A stretch of 64,000 bases of DNA. It comes from a virus (lineage: Duplodnaviria; Heunggongvirae; Uroviricota; Caudoviricetes). Location of the stretch: positions 295,944-359,943 of the IMG/VR virus record IMGVR_UViG_3300009784_000001; one strand, given 5' to 3'. The notes under the pieces are model-generated. The model was not told where the DNA came from and did no database searches. It saw only the letters and a program-made list of their open reading frames with translations. Both the position numbers and the translations under genes were made by a program. The stretch's first letter is position 1, and each line of letters starts with the position of its first letter. Shown piece after piece: positions 36,933 to 48,586 of this stretch.

Positions 36933-38102
36933 ATGAGTAAAAAAGTTATTACAAGTGAGTTTGTTTCATGGGGACATCCTGACAAAATTGCTGATCAAAT
37001 CAGCGATGCAATTTTAGAAGAATTATTGTATGAAGATTCTAAAACCAGAGCAGGAATTGAAGTATTAGTAAAAGATAATATTGTTGTTCTTGGTGGAGAA
37101 ATCAATTCAAAAGGAAAAGTGGACTATGATATTGTTGTTAGAAGTGTATTTGAAAAATTACCATTTCCTGAAAATCATAATCTTCAACCAGAGAATATTA
37201 AAATTATAAATTTAATTGGAAAACAATCCTTTGAAATTCATCAAGGAGTTGATAAATCTAATGATATTATAGGAGCAGGAGATCAAGGATTTATGGTTGG
37301 TTTTGCTTCAGATGAAACAGAGGAATATTTACCTTTAGGTGTTTATCTTGCTAAACATATTTGTCAATATATTAGTAAACAAACTCATCTCGGTTTTGGT
37401 CCTGATACTAAAACACAAGTTATTGTTGATTATTTTAATAATGAAATGCTATTATTTAATGATATACGCCCACATATTATTGTTGAATCGATATTAGTAT
37501 CAACAATGCAACAAGGAGATTTAACATATGATAGAGAATTGATAAAAAATATTATTTTGAATAATGATATGAAGATTGATTCAGAAATTTATAAAAAATA
37601 TATTAAAAATAATGAAACACTTGTAATAACTGTTAATCCTTGTGGTGAATGGAGAATTGGCGGTCCAATATCTGATTGTGGAGTAACAGGAAGAAAAATT
37701 GTAGTAGATCAATTTGGAGGTTATTCTAATGTAGGTGGAGGGGGGTTAAGTGGAAAGGACCTTTCAAAAGTAGATAGATCTGCTGCTTATATGGCAAGAT
37801 ATTTAGCTAAAAATATTGTTGCAAGTGGTATAGCAAACACTTGTAAGGTAGAATTATCTTATATGATTGGAATACCTAATCCATCTTCAATTAATATAGA
37901 ATTGAATAAAAATCAACATTTAGTACCAGAAATTAAGGCTTTTATTGAAGAAAATGTTAATCTGACTCCAAAAGCAATTATTGATAAGTTTAGTGATTGC
38001 TTTGAACCATACAGAATGGCTGTGGAAGGGCATTATGGAAATATGATGGATTGTTGGGAAGAAATTGATTTTGCAAAAGATTTGAAAGAATATTTATATT
38101 AA
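36933..38102 (+). CDS. metK: S-adenosylmethionine synthetase
   Basis: TSE.V..GHPDKIADQISD, GAGDQG, GGP..D.G.TGRK, SGKD.SKVDRS. Confidence 0.95.
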   Translation: MSKKVITSEFVSWGHPDKIADQISDAILEELLYEDSKTRAGIEVLVKDNIVVLGGEINSKGKVDYDIVVRSVFEKLPFPENHNLQPENIKIINLIGKQSFEIHQGVDKSNDIIGAGDQGFMVGFASDETEEYLPLGVYLAKHICQYISKQTHLGFGPDTKTQVIVDYFNNEMLLFNDIRPHIIVESILVSTMQQGDLTYDRELIKNIILNNDMKIDSEIYKKYIKNNETLVITVNPCGEWRIGGPISDCGVTGRKIVVDQFGGYSNVGGGGLSGKDLSKVDRSAAYMARYLAKNIVASGIANTCKVELSYMIGIPNPSSINIELNKNQHLVPEIKAFIEENVNLTPKAIIDKFSDCFEPYRMAVEGHYGNMMDCWEEIDFAKDLKEYLY

Positions 38103-38115
38103 TACAAATTATTTT

Positions 38116-38916
38116 ATGGAAAATTATAGAAATAAATTTAAATTTTTATGTGAATATGATGTTTCTAAAGGTGGTCTTCTTATGGAATCAGAAGGTAGGT
38201 ATAAATTAATTGGATATATAAAAGATTCTGATGTAAAATTTGCACTTGGTGATTATTATGTTTTAATTGATACAACTGTGCCTGAATCAGATAATATAAA
38301 TCAATATGCTGAAAGAGCAATTATGTATAATTCAGAAGAAGATGGATCAGGAATTACTCTTCCTCATTATAGAGAATTAAAAAATTTTATTACACTTTTA
38401 CCAGAATACAAAAATTCATATTATGAACATGCTATTTTTGGAGAACCAGAAGATATAAAGAAACAAAAATCTGAAGAACTTTTTGCAACTATTCAACAAG
38501 AAAATGGAAATGCTATATTAACACATAATTCTTCTAAAAAAATTACTGATGGATATGTGAGAATAGGAATGACTTCTAATGATTACTCTGCTTCTGATTT
38601 TAGAGGAGATAATACTCCAAGAGCTTATTTCTGGGGAAGTAGTGGTGGTATGGATGTATCAAATGCTCATGCAACTTATATTTACACTTGTGAAGTTCCA
38701 ATAGATAAAATTTATGATATTCAAAATAATATAAACCACTGGGATTCAAAAGAAGCTATAGCGAATGGTTATATTGCTACAGCATATTATATGAGTGGAG
38801 AAAAGCAAAGAGGAACAGTAGTTGCTTCTTATGTGTCTTTACCAATAAAAACCATAAAAATTAGTATGGATAGTAGTAAAATTTATAATGCCAATTGGCA
38901 GTTGATTAATCAATAA
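38116..38916 (+). CDS. hypothetical protein
   Basis: 266 aa; TATTTAT motif upstream. Confidence 0.65.
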   Translation: MENYRNKFKFLCEYDVSKGGLLMESEGRYKLIGYIKDSDVKFALGDYYVLIDTTVPESDNINQYAERAIMYNSEEDGSGITLPHYRELKNFITLLPEYKNSYYEHAIFGEPEDIKKQKSEELFATIQQENGNAILTHNSSKKITDGYVRIGMTSNDYSASDFRGDNTPRAYFWGSSGGMDVSNAHATYIYTCEVPIDKIYDIQNNINHWDSKEAIANGYIATAYYMSGEKQRGTVVASYVSLPIKTIKISMDSSKIYNANWQLINQ

Positions 38917-38932
38917 TAAAAGGATAAATGTT

Positions 38933-39406
38933 ATGTTAACTTTTTTTGAAGAAAAATACAAAGAATATAAAGGTTGCTGTAATTGGATTCTATTTTCTTT
39001 TTGTGGAAAACATGAATATGAATATGAAGAAGATTTATGGGTTGCTGGTGATATTGGAACTATTGCATTGATAGGCGATTTATATGTAGATTTACAAGAT
39101 ATGATTACTGATTTAAATAATAATGCTCCAAAAGAAGAATTTCTAAAATGGTATGATTATTCTCTTGAAGTATATCAATTAGGATTAAATAATGTAAATT
39201 ATAAAAGTTGGTTAAATGGTTGCCCAAGATATACAGATGAAGAACTCAAAATGATAAGAGAAAAGAAAGAAGAAGCTATGATAAGGGAATTGGAATGGAT
39301 TACAGATATTCATACTAAAAAAGATAATATCATATCAGGAATTTTTGATTCTGAAGGTATTACTTTAACTAAAAAAGATGGAACTAATGTAAGAATAAAT
39401 TATTAA
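38933..39406 (+). CDS. hypothetical protein
   Basis: 157 aa ORF. Confidence 0.65.
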   Translation: MLTFFEEKYKEYKGCCNWILFSFCGKHEYEYEEDLWVAGDIGTIALIGDLYVDLQDMITDLNNNAPKEEFLKWYDYSLEVYQLGLNNVNYKSWLNGCPRYTDEELKMIREKKEEAMIRELEWITDIHTKKDNIISGIFDSEGITLTKKDGTNVRINY

Positions 39407-39862
39407 ATTATGGATTTGTCAAATATATTAAGGGAGGAAGAAATTAGAAATAATTCTTCTTCTTTTATAAGAGAATTAATTGATATCAATAGAGCAAGTA
39501 CTATTGTTGATGCCATGTTAGATACTCCTAATAGAAAAATGGAATATTCTGATATAATTTTTGAATTTCAAAAAGATAAAGCAGATTTTTTTAGAATTAA
39601 AAAAAGTAGATTTTGTGAAATAGGATTGTATGTAAGTCAAAAATATTATCTTAATAAATTAGAAGAATGGCATAAAAAGGAAAATGATTATAAAGAATTG
39701 CTTATTGAAAAAAATGAACAAATTGATAGACTTCTTATTCAAATAAAAACATATGAAAAAGAAGGAATGAAAAAGAAAAAATGGCAGTTTTGGAGATGAC
39801 AATTTGTCATATAATTGTTTTGGTATGAAATTTGTAAAATGTTATGTAAAATTTAAATAAAT

Positions 39863-41809
39863 ATGAATAAAGTAATTGGAATAGACCTTGGAACGACTAA
39901 TTCGTGCGTTTCAGTTATGGAAGGGAATAATACAGTTGTTATTCCAAATAATGAAGGAAGAAATACAACTCCTTCAATTGTTGCGTTTATAAATGATAGT
40001 GAAAGAAAAGTTGGAGAACCTGCGAAACGTCAAGCAGTAACTAATCCTACAAAAACTATTTCATCCATTAAGCGTTTTATGGGTGAAAAATATAGTAATC
40101 TTGGAAAGGAAATTGAAAGAGTTTCTTATAAAGTTGATAAAGGTACAAATGATCTACCTAAAGTAGATATTGATGGAAAACTTTATTCTCCTCAAGAAAT
40201 TTCAGCAATAATTCTTCAAAAAATGAAAAAGACTGCTGAAGATTATCTTGGTCAAGATGTAAAAGAAGCTGTTATTACAGTTCCTGCTTATTTTTCAGAT
40301 GCTTCAAGACAAGCAACAAAAGAAGCTGGTGAGATAGCTGGTTTAAAAGTTTTAAGAATTATAAATGAGCCAACAGCAGCAGCATTAGCTTATGGTTTAG
40401 ATAAATCAGATAAAGACAAGAGAATTGCTGTATTTGATTTAGGTGGAGGTACATTTGACATTTCTATTCTTGAATTAGGTGGTGGTGTATTTGAAGTAAA
40501 ATCAACAAATGGTGATACACATTTAGGTGGTGATGATTTTGATCATGTTCTTGTTGATTGGTTAGCAGATGAATTTAAAAAAGATGAAGGAATTGATATA
40601 AGAAAAGATCCAATGGCAGCACAACGATTGAAAGAGGCTGCTGAGAAAGCTAAAATTGAATTATCAAGTTCTTCTTCAACAGAAATTAATTTACCATATA
40701 TTATTCCTGTAGATGGAATACCTAAACATTTAGTAAAAACATTAACTCGTGCTAAATTTGAACAATTATGCGATAATCTAATTAAAGCAACTATTAAACC
40801 ATGCGAAAAAGCATTAGAAGATGCTGGATTGAAGCCATCTGATATTGATGAAGTTATTTTGGTTGGAGGTTCTACTCGTATTCCTACTGTTCAAGATACA
40901 GTTGAAAAGATATTTGGAAAAGTTCCTTCTAAAAATGTAAATCCTGATGAAGTTGTTGCAGTTGGGGCAGCTATTCAAGGTGCAGTTCTTACAGGGGAAG
41001 TAAAAGATGTTTTATTACTAGATGTAACACCTCTTTCCCTTTCTATTGAAACAATGGGAGGAATAGCGACTAAATTAGTTGAGTCCAATACAACTATTCC
41101 TTGTAAAAAATCAGAAATATTTACTACAGCAGTTGATAATCAACCAGCGGTTACAGTTAGAATTTGTCAAGGAGAACGTTCATTGTTTAATGATAATAAA
41201 CAAATTGGAGTATTTAATTTGGATGGAATTTTACCTGCAAGACGTGGTACACCACAAATTGAGGTTGTATTTGATATCGATTCAAATGGTATATTGAATG
41301 TTTCTGCAACAGATAAAGGAACAGGAAAAGAACAACATATTACTATTGAAGCATCAAGTGGTTTATCTCAAGATGAAATTGATAGAATGAAAAAAGAGGC
41401 TGAACAGTTTAAGAAACAAGATGAAGAAGAAAAAGTTAAAATTGAAAAGTTAAATAAAGCCGATTCTTTAATATTTCAAACTGAAAAACAATTTGAAGAA
41501 TTTGGAAATAAATTAACAGAAGATGATAAAAAAGAATTTCAACCAATATTGGATGAATTGAAAGAAGCTGTTAAAAATAAAAATGTTGATAAAGTTGATT
41601 CTCTTGAAAAACAATTGAATGATATATGGGTAAAGTTATCTGCTAAATTATATTCACAAAGTAATGGTAATCAAGGAAATAGTAGTAATCCATTTGGAGA
41701 AGGATTTAATTTTGATGATTTGATGAAGAATTCACAAGCTGGAGCAGCTTCCAACAATAATTCACAATCATCTGATGTACAAGATGTTCCTTTCGAGGAA
41801 GTAAAATGA
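39863..41809 (+). CDS. dnaK: chaperone DnaK
   Basis: [34 protein letters not shown]; C-terminal DVPFEEVK. Confidence 0.98.
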   Translation: MNKVIGIDLGTTNSCVSVMEGNNTVVIPNNEGRNTTPSIVAFINDSERKVGEPAKRQAVTNPTKTISSIKRFMGEKYSNLGKEIERVSYKVDKGTNDLPKVDIDGKLYSPQEISAIILQKMKKTAEDYLGQDVKEAVITVPAYFSDASRQATKEAGEIAGLKVLRIINEPTAAALAYGLDKSDKDKRIAVFDLGGGTFDISILELGGGVFEVKSTNGDTHLGGDDFDHVLVDWLADEFKKDEGIDIRKDPMAAQRLKEAAEKAKIELSSSSSTEINLPYIIPVDGIPKHLVKTLTRAKFEQLCDNLIKATIKPCEKALEDAGLKPSDIDEVILVGGSTRIPTVQDTVEKIFGKVPSKNVNPDEVVAVGAAIQGAVLTGEVKDVLLLDVTPLSLSIETMGGIATKLVESNTTIPCKKSEIFTTAVDNQPAVTVRICQGERSLFNDNKQIGVFNLDGILPARRGTPQIEVVFDIDSNGILNVSATDKGTGKEQHITIEASSGLSQDEIDRMKKEAEQFKKQDEEEKVKIEKLNKADSLIFQTEKQFEEFGNKLTEDDKKEFQPILDELKEAVKNKNVDKVDSLEKQLNDIWVKLSAKLYSQSNGNQGNSSNPFGEGFNFDDLMKNSQAGAASNNNSQSSDVQDVPFEEVK

Positions 41810-42049
41810 TAATTTTAAGCTAAAAAATTTGGTAATGTAGAGATAAATTTATATTTTTGCATTACCATTTTTAATAATTTTAGTTATGAATAATTTTGAA
41901 AAAATTATATTAGTTTGTTTTCTTATTGAACTCATTACTTATGGGATAGCTGGCTACATAGCTGGTTGGGTAAGAAATGTATGGTTTTCATTTAAATTAT
42001 ACATACCATTTTATAATATTTATTATACTTTAACATCAAAAGATACAAT

Positions 42050-42319
42050 ATGAAAAAGTTAATTTTTATTTTTATATTACTTTTAATTATAATTTCCTGT
42101 TCTGAAGAAAAAGGAACATATATAATGATTTATAAAGTTTATTATTCTGCTGAACATGTAGTAACTGATACATTAAAAAGTAATTCTGCATTTATTTATG
42201 ATTCTGATAAAGGAACAAATTATATATTTGAAGATAATCATTTTTTGTTAAAAACAACAGCACCAATAGAAATTATAGAGAATACTTTCATACCAGATAA
42301 TTCATCTGAAAATAAATAA
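42050..42319 (+). CDS. lipoprotein, paralog of 36305..36598
   Basis: signal ending IISC; KGTNY...TTAPI. Confidence 0.65.
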   Translation: MKKLIFIFILLLIIISCSEEKGTYIMIYKVYYSAEHVVTDTLKSNSAFIYDSDKGTNYIFEDNHFLLKTTAPIEIIENTFIPDNSSENK

Positions 42320-42323
42320 AGTT

Positions 42324-42746
42324 ATGAAAACGCTTTCTGTGAAACAACCCTGGAGTACTTTATTATTTTATGGGAAGGATATTGAAAATAGAAGTTGGAG
42401 AACGAATTATAGAGGAGAATTACTAATACATGTTTCTTCTAAACCTTTAATAACTTTAACAGATGCATGGAATAATGGCTATTTAACAAGAAAAATAGTT
42501 GAATTTATTAAAAATAATAATATTGAGGAGTTTATACTAAATAAATATGGCTTTGAACAATATTGTAAAGGTTTACCTACTTCTTGTATATTAGGAAAAG
42601 TTACATTAATAGATTGTGTTAGAGATAGCAGATCTATTTGGGCAGAAGAAGATTGTTGGCATTGGATAATAGAAAATCCTATATTGTTTGATAAGCCAAT
42701 TGAAAATATAAAAGGAAAATTAAATTTATGGGAATATTATGGCTAA
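42324..42746 (+). CDS. ASCH domain protein
   Basis: LSVKQPW..GKDIENRSW.TNYRG.LLIH; KGKLNLW. Confidence 0.85.
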   Translation: MKTLSVKQPWSTLLFYGKDIENRSWRTNYRGELLIHVSSKPLITLTDAWNNGYLTRKIVEFIKNNNIEEFILNKYGFEQYCKGLPTSCILGKVTLIDCVRDSRSIWAEEDCWHWIIENPILFDKPIENIKGKLNLWEYYG

Positions 42747-43845
42747 AAAAAGTTTATATCAAGTTTTAAATGTTACAGAAGAAGAAAAGAAATTACCTCA
42801 AGAACAGTTTAATGAAATAATTAAAAAAAGATACAGAGAAAACGCATTGGAAAATCATCCTGATAGGCAACAAGGGAAATCTGAGGCAGAAAAGAAAATA
42901 TGTGAAGAAAAATTTAAAGAAGCAGCAGAGGCTTATGAAGTCTTATCAGATGAAAATAAGAGAAGAAATTATGATATGACTGGAAGCAATTCTGGTTTTA
43001 ATTTTTCTCAATTTCATGATGATGATTTAGCAACATTTTTGCATAATTTTATGGGCGGTAATCATTTTGGGTTTGGTGGTAATTTTGATATGAATACTTC
43101 AAGATCACCAAGAATGTATAAAGGAAAAGATGTTACATTTAAGGTTCAATTAAGTATTGATGATGTAATAAATGGTTGTGAAAAGAAATACAAATATAAA
43201 GTAAATAGACCTTGTTCTTATTGTAATGGTGGAGAAAAAACAACTTGCCCTCATTGTAATGGTGCTGGTATAATAATCAATACAAGTCAAAGAGGTGGTT
43301 TTATAATGCAGCAATCTTCTCCTTGTCCTTATTGTCAAGGAACAGGATTTGTGATTAGTAATAGTTGTTCTTATTGCCAAGGAACAGGTTTAAAGGAAAC
43401 AGAAGAATCTATAACTGTTAAATTCCCAAAAGGAGTAACAATAGGAGATTCATTAATAATTGCAAGTGGAGGTCATCATTTACCCCGAAGTATGAATAGT
43501 GTTCCTGGTGATTTAAATGTTGTAGTTGGAAATATTGACAGTGGAGAATGGCAAATACAACAATATGATTGTCTTTTGATGAAAGAAATATCCATTGTTG
43601 ATATAATTTTAGGTTCAGATATTGAAATCACTGGTATAAGAAAAGAGAAATTAAAAGTTTTTATTCCACGAAATACTAGTAATGAAGCGCATTTTAGGTT
43701 AGTTGGAAAAGGATTACCAATGAGAAATTCAAATAGAAATGGAGATGCTTATTTAATTGTTAAATATAAGTTTCCATCCCAAGAAATTGATAAAGATGAT
43801 AGGAAAACTCTTGAAAAATTAAAGAAAAGTCCTAATTTTAAATAA
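42739..43845 (+). CDS. dnaJ: chaperone DnaJ
   Basis: HPD J-domain, G/F region, CxxCxGxG repeats. Confidence 0.92.
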   Translation: MAKKSLYQVLNVTEEEKKLPQEQFNEIIKKRYRENALENHPDRQQGKSEAEKKICEEKFKEAAEAYEVLSDENKRRNYDMTGSNSGFNFSQFHDDDLATFLHNFMGGNHFGFGGNFDMNTSRSPRMYKGKDVTFKVQLSIDDVINGCEKKYKYKVNRPCSYCNGGEKTTCPHCNGAGIIINTSQRGGFIMQQSSPCPYCQGTGFVISNSCSYCQGTGLKETEESITVKFPKGVTIGDSLIIASGGHHLPRSMNSVPGDLNVVVGNIDSGEWQIQQYDCLLMKEISIVDIILGSDIEITGIRKEKLKVFIPRNTSNEAHFRLVGKGLPMRNSNRNGDAYLIVKYKFPSQEIDKDDRKTLEKLKKSPNFK

Positions 43846-43867
43846 AATAATAAATTAATAAAAAAAA

Positions 43868-44035
43868 ATGAAAAAAATTCTTATTTTAGCAGTAGTATTT
43901 ACTGCAATGTTAGCAAGTTGTTCACCTTCTACAAAAGGAGTTAAAGGAACTGGTGAAAATACTGATTCAACAATTGTAGTTGTTGATAGTACTGTAAATG
44001 TATCAGATTCTACTTCAACAGTAGTTAATCAATAA
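43868..44035 (+). CDS. small lipoprotein (55 aa, MKKILILAVVFTAMLASC...), not in the ORF track
   Basis: lipobox LASC; DST repeats; followed by a terminator at ~44050-44076. Confidence 0.65.
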   Translation: MKKILILAVVFTAMLASCSPSTKGVKGTGENTDSTIVVVDSTVNVSDSTSTVVNQ

Positions 44036-44150
44036 AATTAAAAATGAAAAGTCAGGAGTAAAATCCTGATTTTTTGTTTAATTTTTAAATTAAAAATCTT
44101 TTGCCACATAAAAAATATTAATACATATATTTATGTATAAAATATAAGAG

Positions 44151-45128
44151 ATGACAAAAAGATTACTAAAAGAAGATTTTGTAAATAAATCATTATTAAA
44201 ACAAAAAAAGAAAAAAGATTATTCAAAAGTTGAATATGTAAATAATCATATGCCAGTTTGTATAATTTGCCATGAATTAGATGAAAATGGAGAAGAGCAT
44301 GGGGAATTTTGGCAATCCCCAATGAAGCATCAAAATGGTCAAGAAGGGTGTAAAAAATGTCAAGATAAAATTTCTTGGACATTTGAAATGTGTTTAAGTG
44401 AAGCATTAAAGTATAAGAAACGTATAGATTTTTATAAAAATTCTTCAAAAGCATATGATGCAGCTAAATCACATAAATGGTTGGATAAAGTTTGTGAACA
44501 TATGAAAATATGGGGAAATAAATATAAAAGATGTATATATGTTTATGAATTTAAAGAGTTAAATAGTGCTTATATTGGTTTAACTTATAATATTAATAAT
44601 AGAAACAAAGGTCATCACACAAATGGAAGAGTATATAATTTTTCACTAAAAAATAATATTGAAATCCCTAATCCAATTCAGTTAACTGATTATATTGATG
44701 TTGAAGAAGCTGCAAAATTAGAAGGTGAGTTTTTAGATAAATATAAAAAAGAAGAATGGAATATTATTAATAAAGTAAAAACTGGACAAATAGGCGGTTA
44801 TTCAAAATATGGCGATTATAATAAAGAAATGTTTATAAATAAAGTAAAAAATTTTAAAAGCATTTATGAAATTGAAAGAAAAGATGTAAGTATATATAAT
44901 ACTGTTATGAAGATGAAATGGGAAGATGAAGTTTTTAAATGTTTTTATGATAAAAGAAAAGTAGTTTTAATTAATATTGAAGATAATACTCATATGATAT
45001 ATAAAACAATTAATGACTTAGCAAGAGAAAACAGAATAAATGCAACAATTGTACAAAAATATATAAAAGAAGAAAAAATATATAAAAATAGATTTAAATT
45101 TATAAAATTTTTAAAATGGGAAAATTAA
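44151..45128 (+). CDS. GIY-YIG homing endonuclease with N-terminal zinc ribbon
   Basis: CIYVY....AYIGLT....R...H; N-terminal DYSKVEY..HGEFWQ repeat. Confidence 0.75.
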   Translation: MTKRLLKEDFVNKSLLKQKKKKDYSKVEYVNNHMPVCIICHELDENGEEHGEFWQSPMKHQNGQEGCKKCQDKISWTFEMCLSEALKYKKRIDFYKNSSKAYDAAKSHKWLDKVCEHMKIWGNKYKRCIYVYEFKELNSAYIGLTYNINNRNKGHHTNGRVYNFSLKNNIEIPNPIQLTDYIDVEEAAKLEGEFLDKYKKEEWNIINKVKTGQIGGYSKYGDYNKEMFINKVKNFKSIYEIERKDVSIYNTVMKMKWEDEVFKCFYDKRKVVLINIEDNTHMIYKTINDLARENRINATIVQKYIKEEKIYKNRFKFIKFLKWEN

Positions 45129-45739
45129 TTTATAAAGTAGGGGACGCAACCAATCCTTGTGTTGAAAGTGGTACAAGAATTATTATTCATATTTGTAATT
45201 CAATAGGTTCTTGGGGTAGTGGGTTTGTAGTAGCATTAAGTAAAAAATGGAAACAACCTGAAATGTTATATAAACAATGGTTTAGTCAAAGAGCATTTCT
45301 TAAAGGAAATGATGCTTTTCAATTAGGTAATATTCAAAAAGTTGCATTAGATGTTGATAAGTATTATGCTAAAACTTATGTAATAAATATGATTGCACAA
45401 GATGGTATTATGTCTAATATAAGAAATGATATTCCATTAAGATATGATGCTTTAGAAAAATGTTTGCAGAAAGTTTATGATTTTTGTAGTGAAGAAAGAA
45501 AAAAAGGTATTCCAATTTCTGTACACTGTCCTCGTCTTGGAGCAGGGCTTGCAGGAGGTGATTGGAATAAAATTGAAAAACTAATTGAAAAATGGTTAGT
45601 ACATGGTAAAGATGGTTTTGATACTTATGTTTATGATTTATCGAATGAGGTTGGTAAATGGAAAGGGACTGTTTATGATGGTCAAGAACAGCTAGAAGTA
45701 GTTGATAATGAAATTAAGACTGAATTTTTCCCTACTTAA
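45116..45739 (+). CDS. macrodomain (Poa1/DarG-like ADP-ribose hydrolase)
   Basis: GDAT, HICN..G.WGSG, PRLGAGLAGGDW. Confidence 0.85.
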   Translation: MGKLIYKVGDATNPCVESGTRIIIHICNSIGSWGSGFVVALSKKWKQPEMLYKQWFSQRAFLKGNDAFQLGNIQKVALDVDKYYAKTYVINMIAQDGIMSNIRNDIPLRYDALEKCLQKVYDFCSEERKKGIPISVHCPRLGAGLAGGDWNKIEKLIEKWLVHGKDGFDTYVYDLSNEVGKWKGTVYDGQEQLEVVDNEIKTEFFPT

Positions 45740-46257
45740 TGGAAACTTCATCTGGAATAATATTGTTTAGAGAAAGAAGTAATACAAAAGAACTTGAATT
45801 TTTTGTAGCTCATCCTGGTGGTCCATTTCATAAAAATAATGATATATGGTATTTTCCTAAAGGCGGTATAGAAGAAAAAGATTATCATATGTTACCAAGT
45901 GGTTATAAATGTTCAGAACTTCAAGCAGCATGGACAGCTTCTTATAGAGAATTTTATGAAGAAACTGGTGATATGACATTACAACTTCTTTCTTCTTTAC
46001 CCATATATTTGGGAAAAATTAAACAATCTACAAAAAAGAATGTTATAGCATTTGCAAAAGAATGTTATTGGAATTTAGATCCTGATAAATGTTATTCAAA
46101 TGAAATAGAAATTGAATATCCTTCTAAATCAGGAAAGTTTATTACAATACCTGAAAATGATAAATTTGCTTGGATGACTTATGAAAATTTAAAAGATAAA
46201 ACTCACCCAAAACATTTAGTTTTTTATGAACAAATAATTGAAAAATATAAAAAATGA
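45739..46257 (+). CDS. NUDIX hydrolase
   Basis: HPGGP, PKG...REFYEETG. Confidence 0.85.
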   Translation: METSSGIILFRERSNTKELEFFVAHPGGPFHKNNDIWYFPKGGIEEKDYHMLPSGYKCSELQAAWTASYREFYEETGDMTLQLLSSLPIYLGKIKQSTKKNVIAFAKECYWNLDPDKCYSNEIEIEYPSKSGKFITIPENDKFAWMTYENLKDKTHPKHLVFYEQIIEKYKK

Positions 46258-46506
46258 CAAAAAAGGAATTAATTGAATTATTATCTAATTATGAAGATGA
46301 TACATTGATATTAGTAGATGGCTATGAAAATGGTTATGATGATATTGAAAATATAACAATTGGTGGAGTTTATCCTCGTTTAGCTCATGAATGGTGGGAA
46401 GGTAAGTATTCTAATGCTGATGAAGATTGGCAAAATTATCCTGAATTAAGAGAAGAAATAGATAAAATGCAAGAATTAGCAATAATTTTACAAAGACCTA
46501 ATAAAT

Positions 46507-47334
46507 ATGGAAAATAAAATACAACACAGCATGATCAAATCTTTTGGTGGTAAAGGTTCTAATGGTTTTCTTAAAGAAATATATCAATTATTTCCAAAGG
46601 AATATAATTCATTCATTGAACCTTTTTGTGGTTCAGCAGTAGTAGCTTTGAATATTCAAAAAGAAAAATGTTCTGTTATCATAAATGATTTAAATAAAAA
46701 CATCTATAGCATATTTACAGTTTTACAAGATAAAGATTTATTTTTTCAATTAAAAGAAAAACTTGATATTATTTTTTATTCAGAAGATATTTTCAAAGAA
46801 AGTTTGGAATTATTAAAAACTGATTTATCTTTATTAGATAGAGCATATCATTTTTTTATTGTTAATAGAATGTCTTACAGTGGAAATAATAAAAGTTTTG
46901 GGAAAAATATGTGTATTCGTAGGGGAGTATCAAAATCAGTTAGTGATTTGTTAAGTACAATAGATGGATTAACTGAAATACATGAAAAAATACAACAATT
47001 TCTTATTCTTAATAGGGATGGTACAGAATTAATAGAACATTATGGACAAAACGAAGATTATTTTATGTTTCTTGACCCTCCTTATACTTGGGATACAAGA
47101 ACTTCTACAAGATATGCAGTTGATTTTACCCCAGAACAACAAGAACATTTGATGGATGTATTAATCAATTCAAAAGCAAAAATATTATTATGTGGCTATA
47201 ATAATCCTTTATATGAAGAAAGATTAGTTCAAGAAAACAGATGGCAAAGATATGATTATCAAATAAATACTGTAACAGGAACAAATTCCAAAAAAAGTAA
47301 AATTGAGTCGCTTTGGAGAAATTATGAAATATAG
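46507..47334 (+). CDS. DNA adenine methyltransferase (Dam/D12 class)
   Basis: FGGK, EPFCGS, NDLN, LDPPY, ESLWRNY. Confidence 0.9.
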   Translation: MENKIQHSMIKSFGGKGSNGFLKEIYQLFPKEYNSFIEPFCGSAVVALNIQKEKCSVIINDLNKNIYSIFTVLQDKDLFFQLKEKLDIIFYSEDIFKESLELLKTDLSLLDRAYHFFIVNRMSYSGNNKSFGKNMCIRRGVSKSVSDLLSTIDGLTEIHEKIQQFLILNRDGTELIEHYGQNEDYFMFLDPPYTWDTRTSTRYAVDFTPEQQEHLMDVLINSKAKILLCGYNNPLYEERLVQENRWQRYDYQINTVTGTNSKKSKIESLWRNYEI

Positions 47335-47629
47335 AATATGGAAAAAGAACTTTATTGAAAGTAAATTATAATTTTTTTTGATTTTTCAATAAAAGAATAT
47401 ATATTTGATTAAAATTAAAAAGGTATGGTTTGGTCAAATAAAGAAATACTTGAGGAAATAAAAAATAAAGAATGGGTTGCAATATTTTTTGAAAATGGGA
47501 GTGATAATAAAATAAATGATTCTTTTACTAAAGAAACTTATATAGATCTTATTTATGATTTGTGTGATAAGATATGCGAATTGAAAAATGAACTGATGAG
47601 ATATTTATAATAAATAAATATCATAAAAA

Positions 47630-48586
47630 ATGCCTAAAAAATTAACAAAAGAGGAGTTTATTGAAAGAGCAAAACAAATTCATGGAGATAGATATGATTA
47701 TTCAAAAATAAATTATGTTAATGCAAATACAAAGATATGTATAATATGTCCTGAACATGGTGAATTTTGGCAAAGACCTCATGATCATTTAGAAAAGCAT
47801 GGTTGTAGAAAATGCGGAAAAAATAATTCTTCTATAAAGAAAACGTTAACAAGAGAAGAATTTATAGAAAAAGCAAAACACATTCATGATAATAAATATG
47901 ATTATAGCAAAGTAGAATACATTAACAATTCAACAAAAGTTTGTATTATTTGCCCAAAACATGGTGAATTTTGGATTAAACCAAATGATTTATTAAATAA
48001 TCATAATTGTTCAAAATGTAAAAGTGTGTATAAATATACAACAGAAGAATGGATTGAAAAAGTGAAAAAAATTCATGGAGAAAAATTCAATTATTCAAAA
48101 AGTAAATATGTTAATTCTCGTACTAAGATATTAATAGGATGCAATAAATGTCAAAATTATTTTTATGTAACTTCTATAAATCATTTGCATAATAAAAGTG
48201 GTTGTCCATATTGTATATCTAGTAAATTAGAAGAAGAAAGTTTTAATATATTAAATGGGTTAAATATAAAGTATGAAAGAAAAAAACACTTTGATTGGTT
48301 AAGAAATAAATATTTACTTGAATTGGACTTTTATCTTCCAGATTATGGAATTGCTATTGAATGTCAAGGAATTCAACATTTTGAACCCACTACATTTGGG
48401 GGAATAAATATTGAAAAGGCAAAAGAAAATTTAATTTATTTACAAAATAATGATAAAATTAAGAAAGAATTATGTGAAAAAAATGGAATTAAATTATACT
48501 ACATAAATTATAATGAGAATTTAAAAGAGAAATTATTAAAAATAATAAAAAATGAGAAGTTGGGAAACAAAAGAAATAATAGATGA
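47630..48586 (+). CDS. putative homing endonuclease, paralog of 908..1816
   Basis: same repeats; LELDFYLPDY.IAIECQG. Confidence 0.75.
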   Translation: MPKKLTKEEFIERAKQIHGDRYDYSKINYVNANTKICIICPEHGEFWQRPHDHLEKHGCRKCGKNNSSIKKTLTREEFIEKAKHIHDNKYDYSKVEYINNSTKVCIICPKHGEFWIKPNDLLNNHNCSKCKSVYKYTTEEWIEKVKKIHGEKFNYSKSKYVNSRTKILIGCNKCQNYFYVTSINHLHNKSGCPYCISSKLEEESFNILNGLNIKYERKKHFDWLRNKYLLELDFYLPDYGIAIECQGIQHFEPTTFGGINIEKAKENLIYLQNNDKIKKELCEKNGIKLYYINYNENLKEKLLKIIKNEKLGNKRNNR

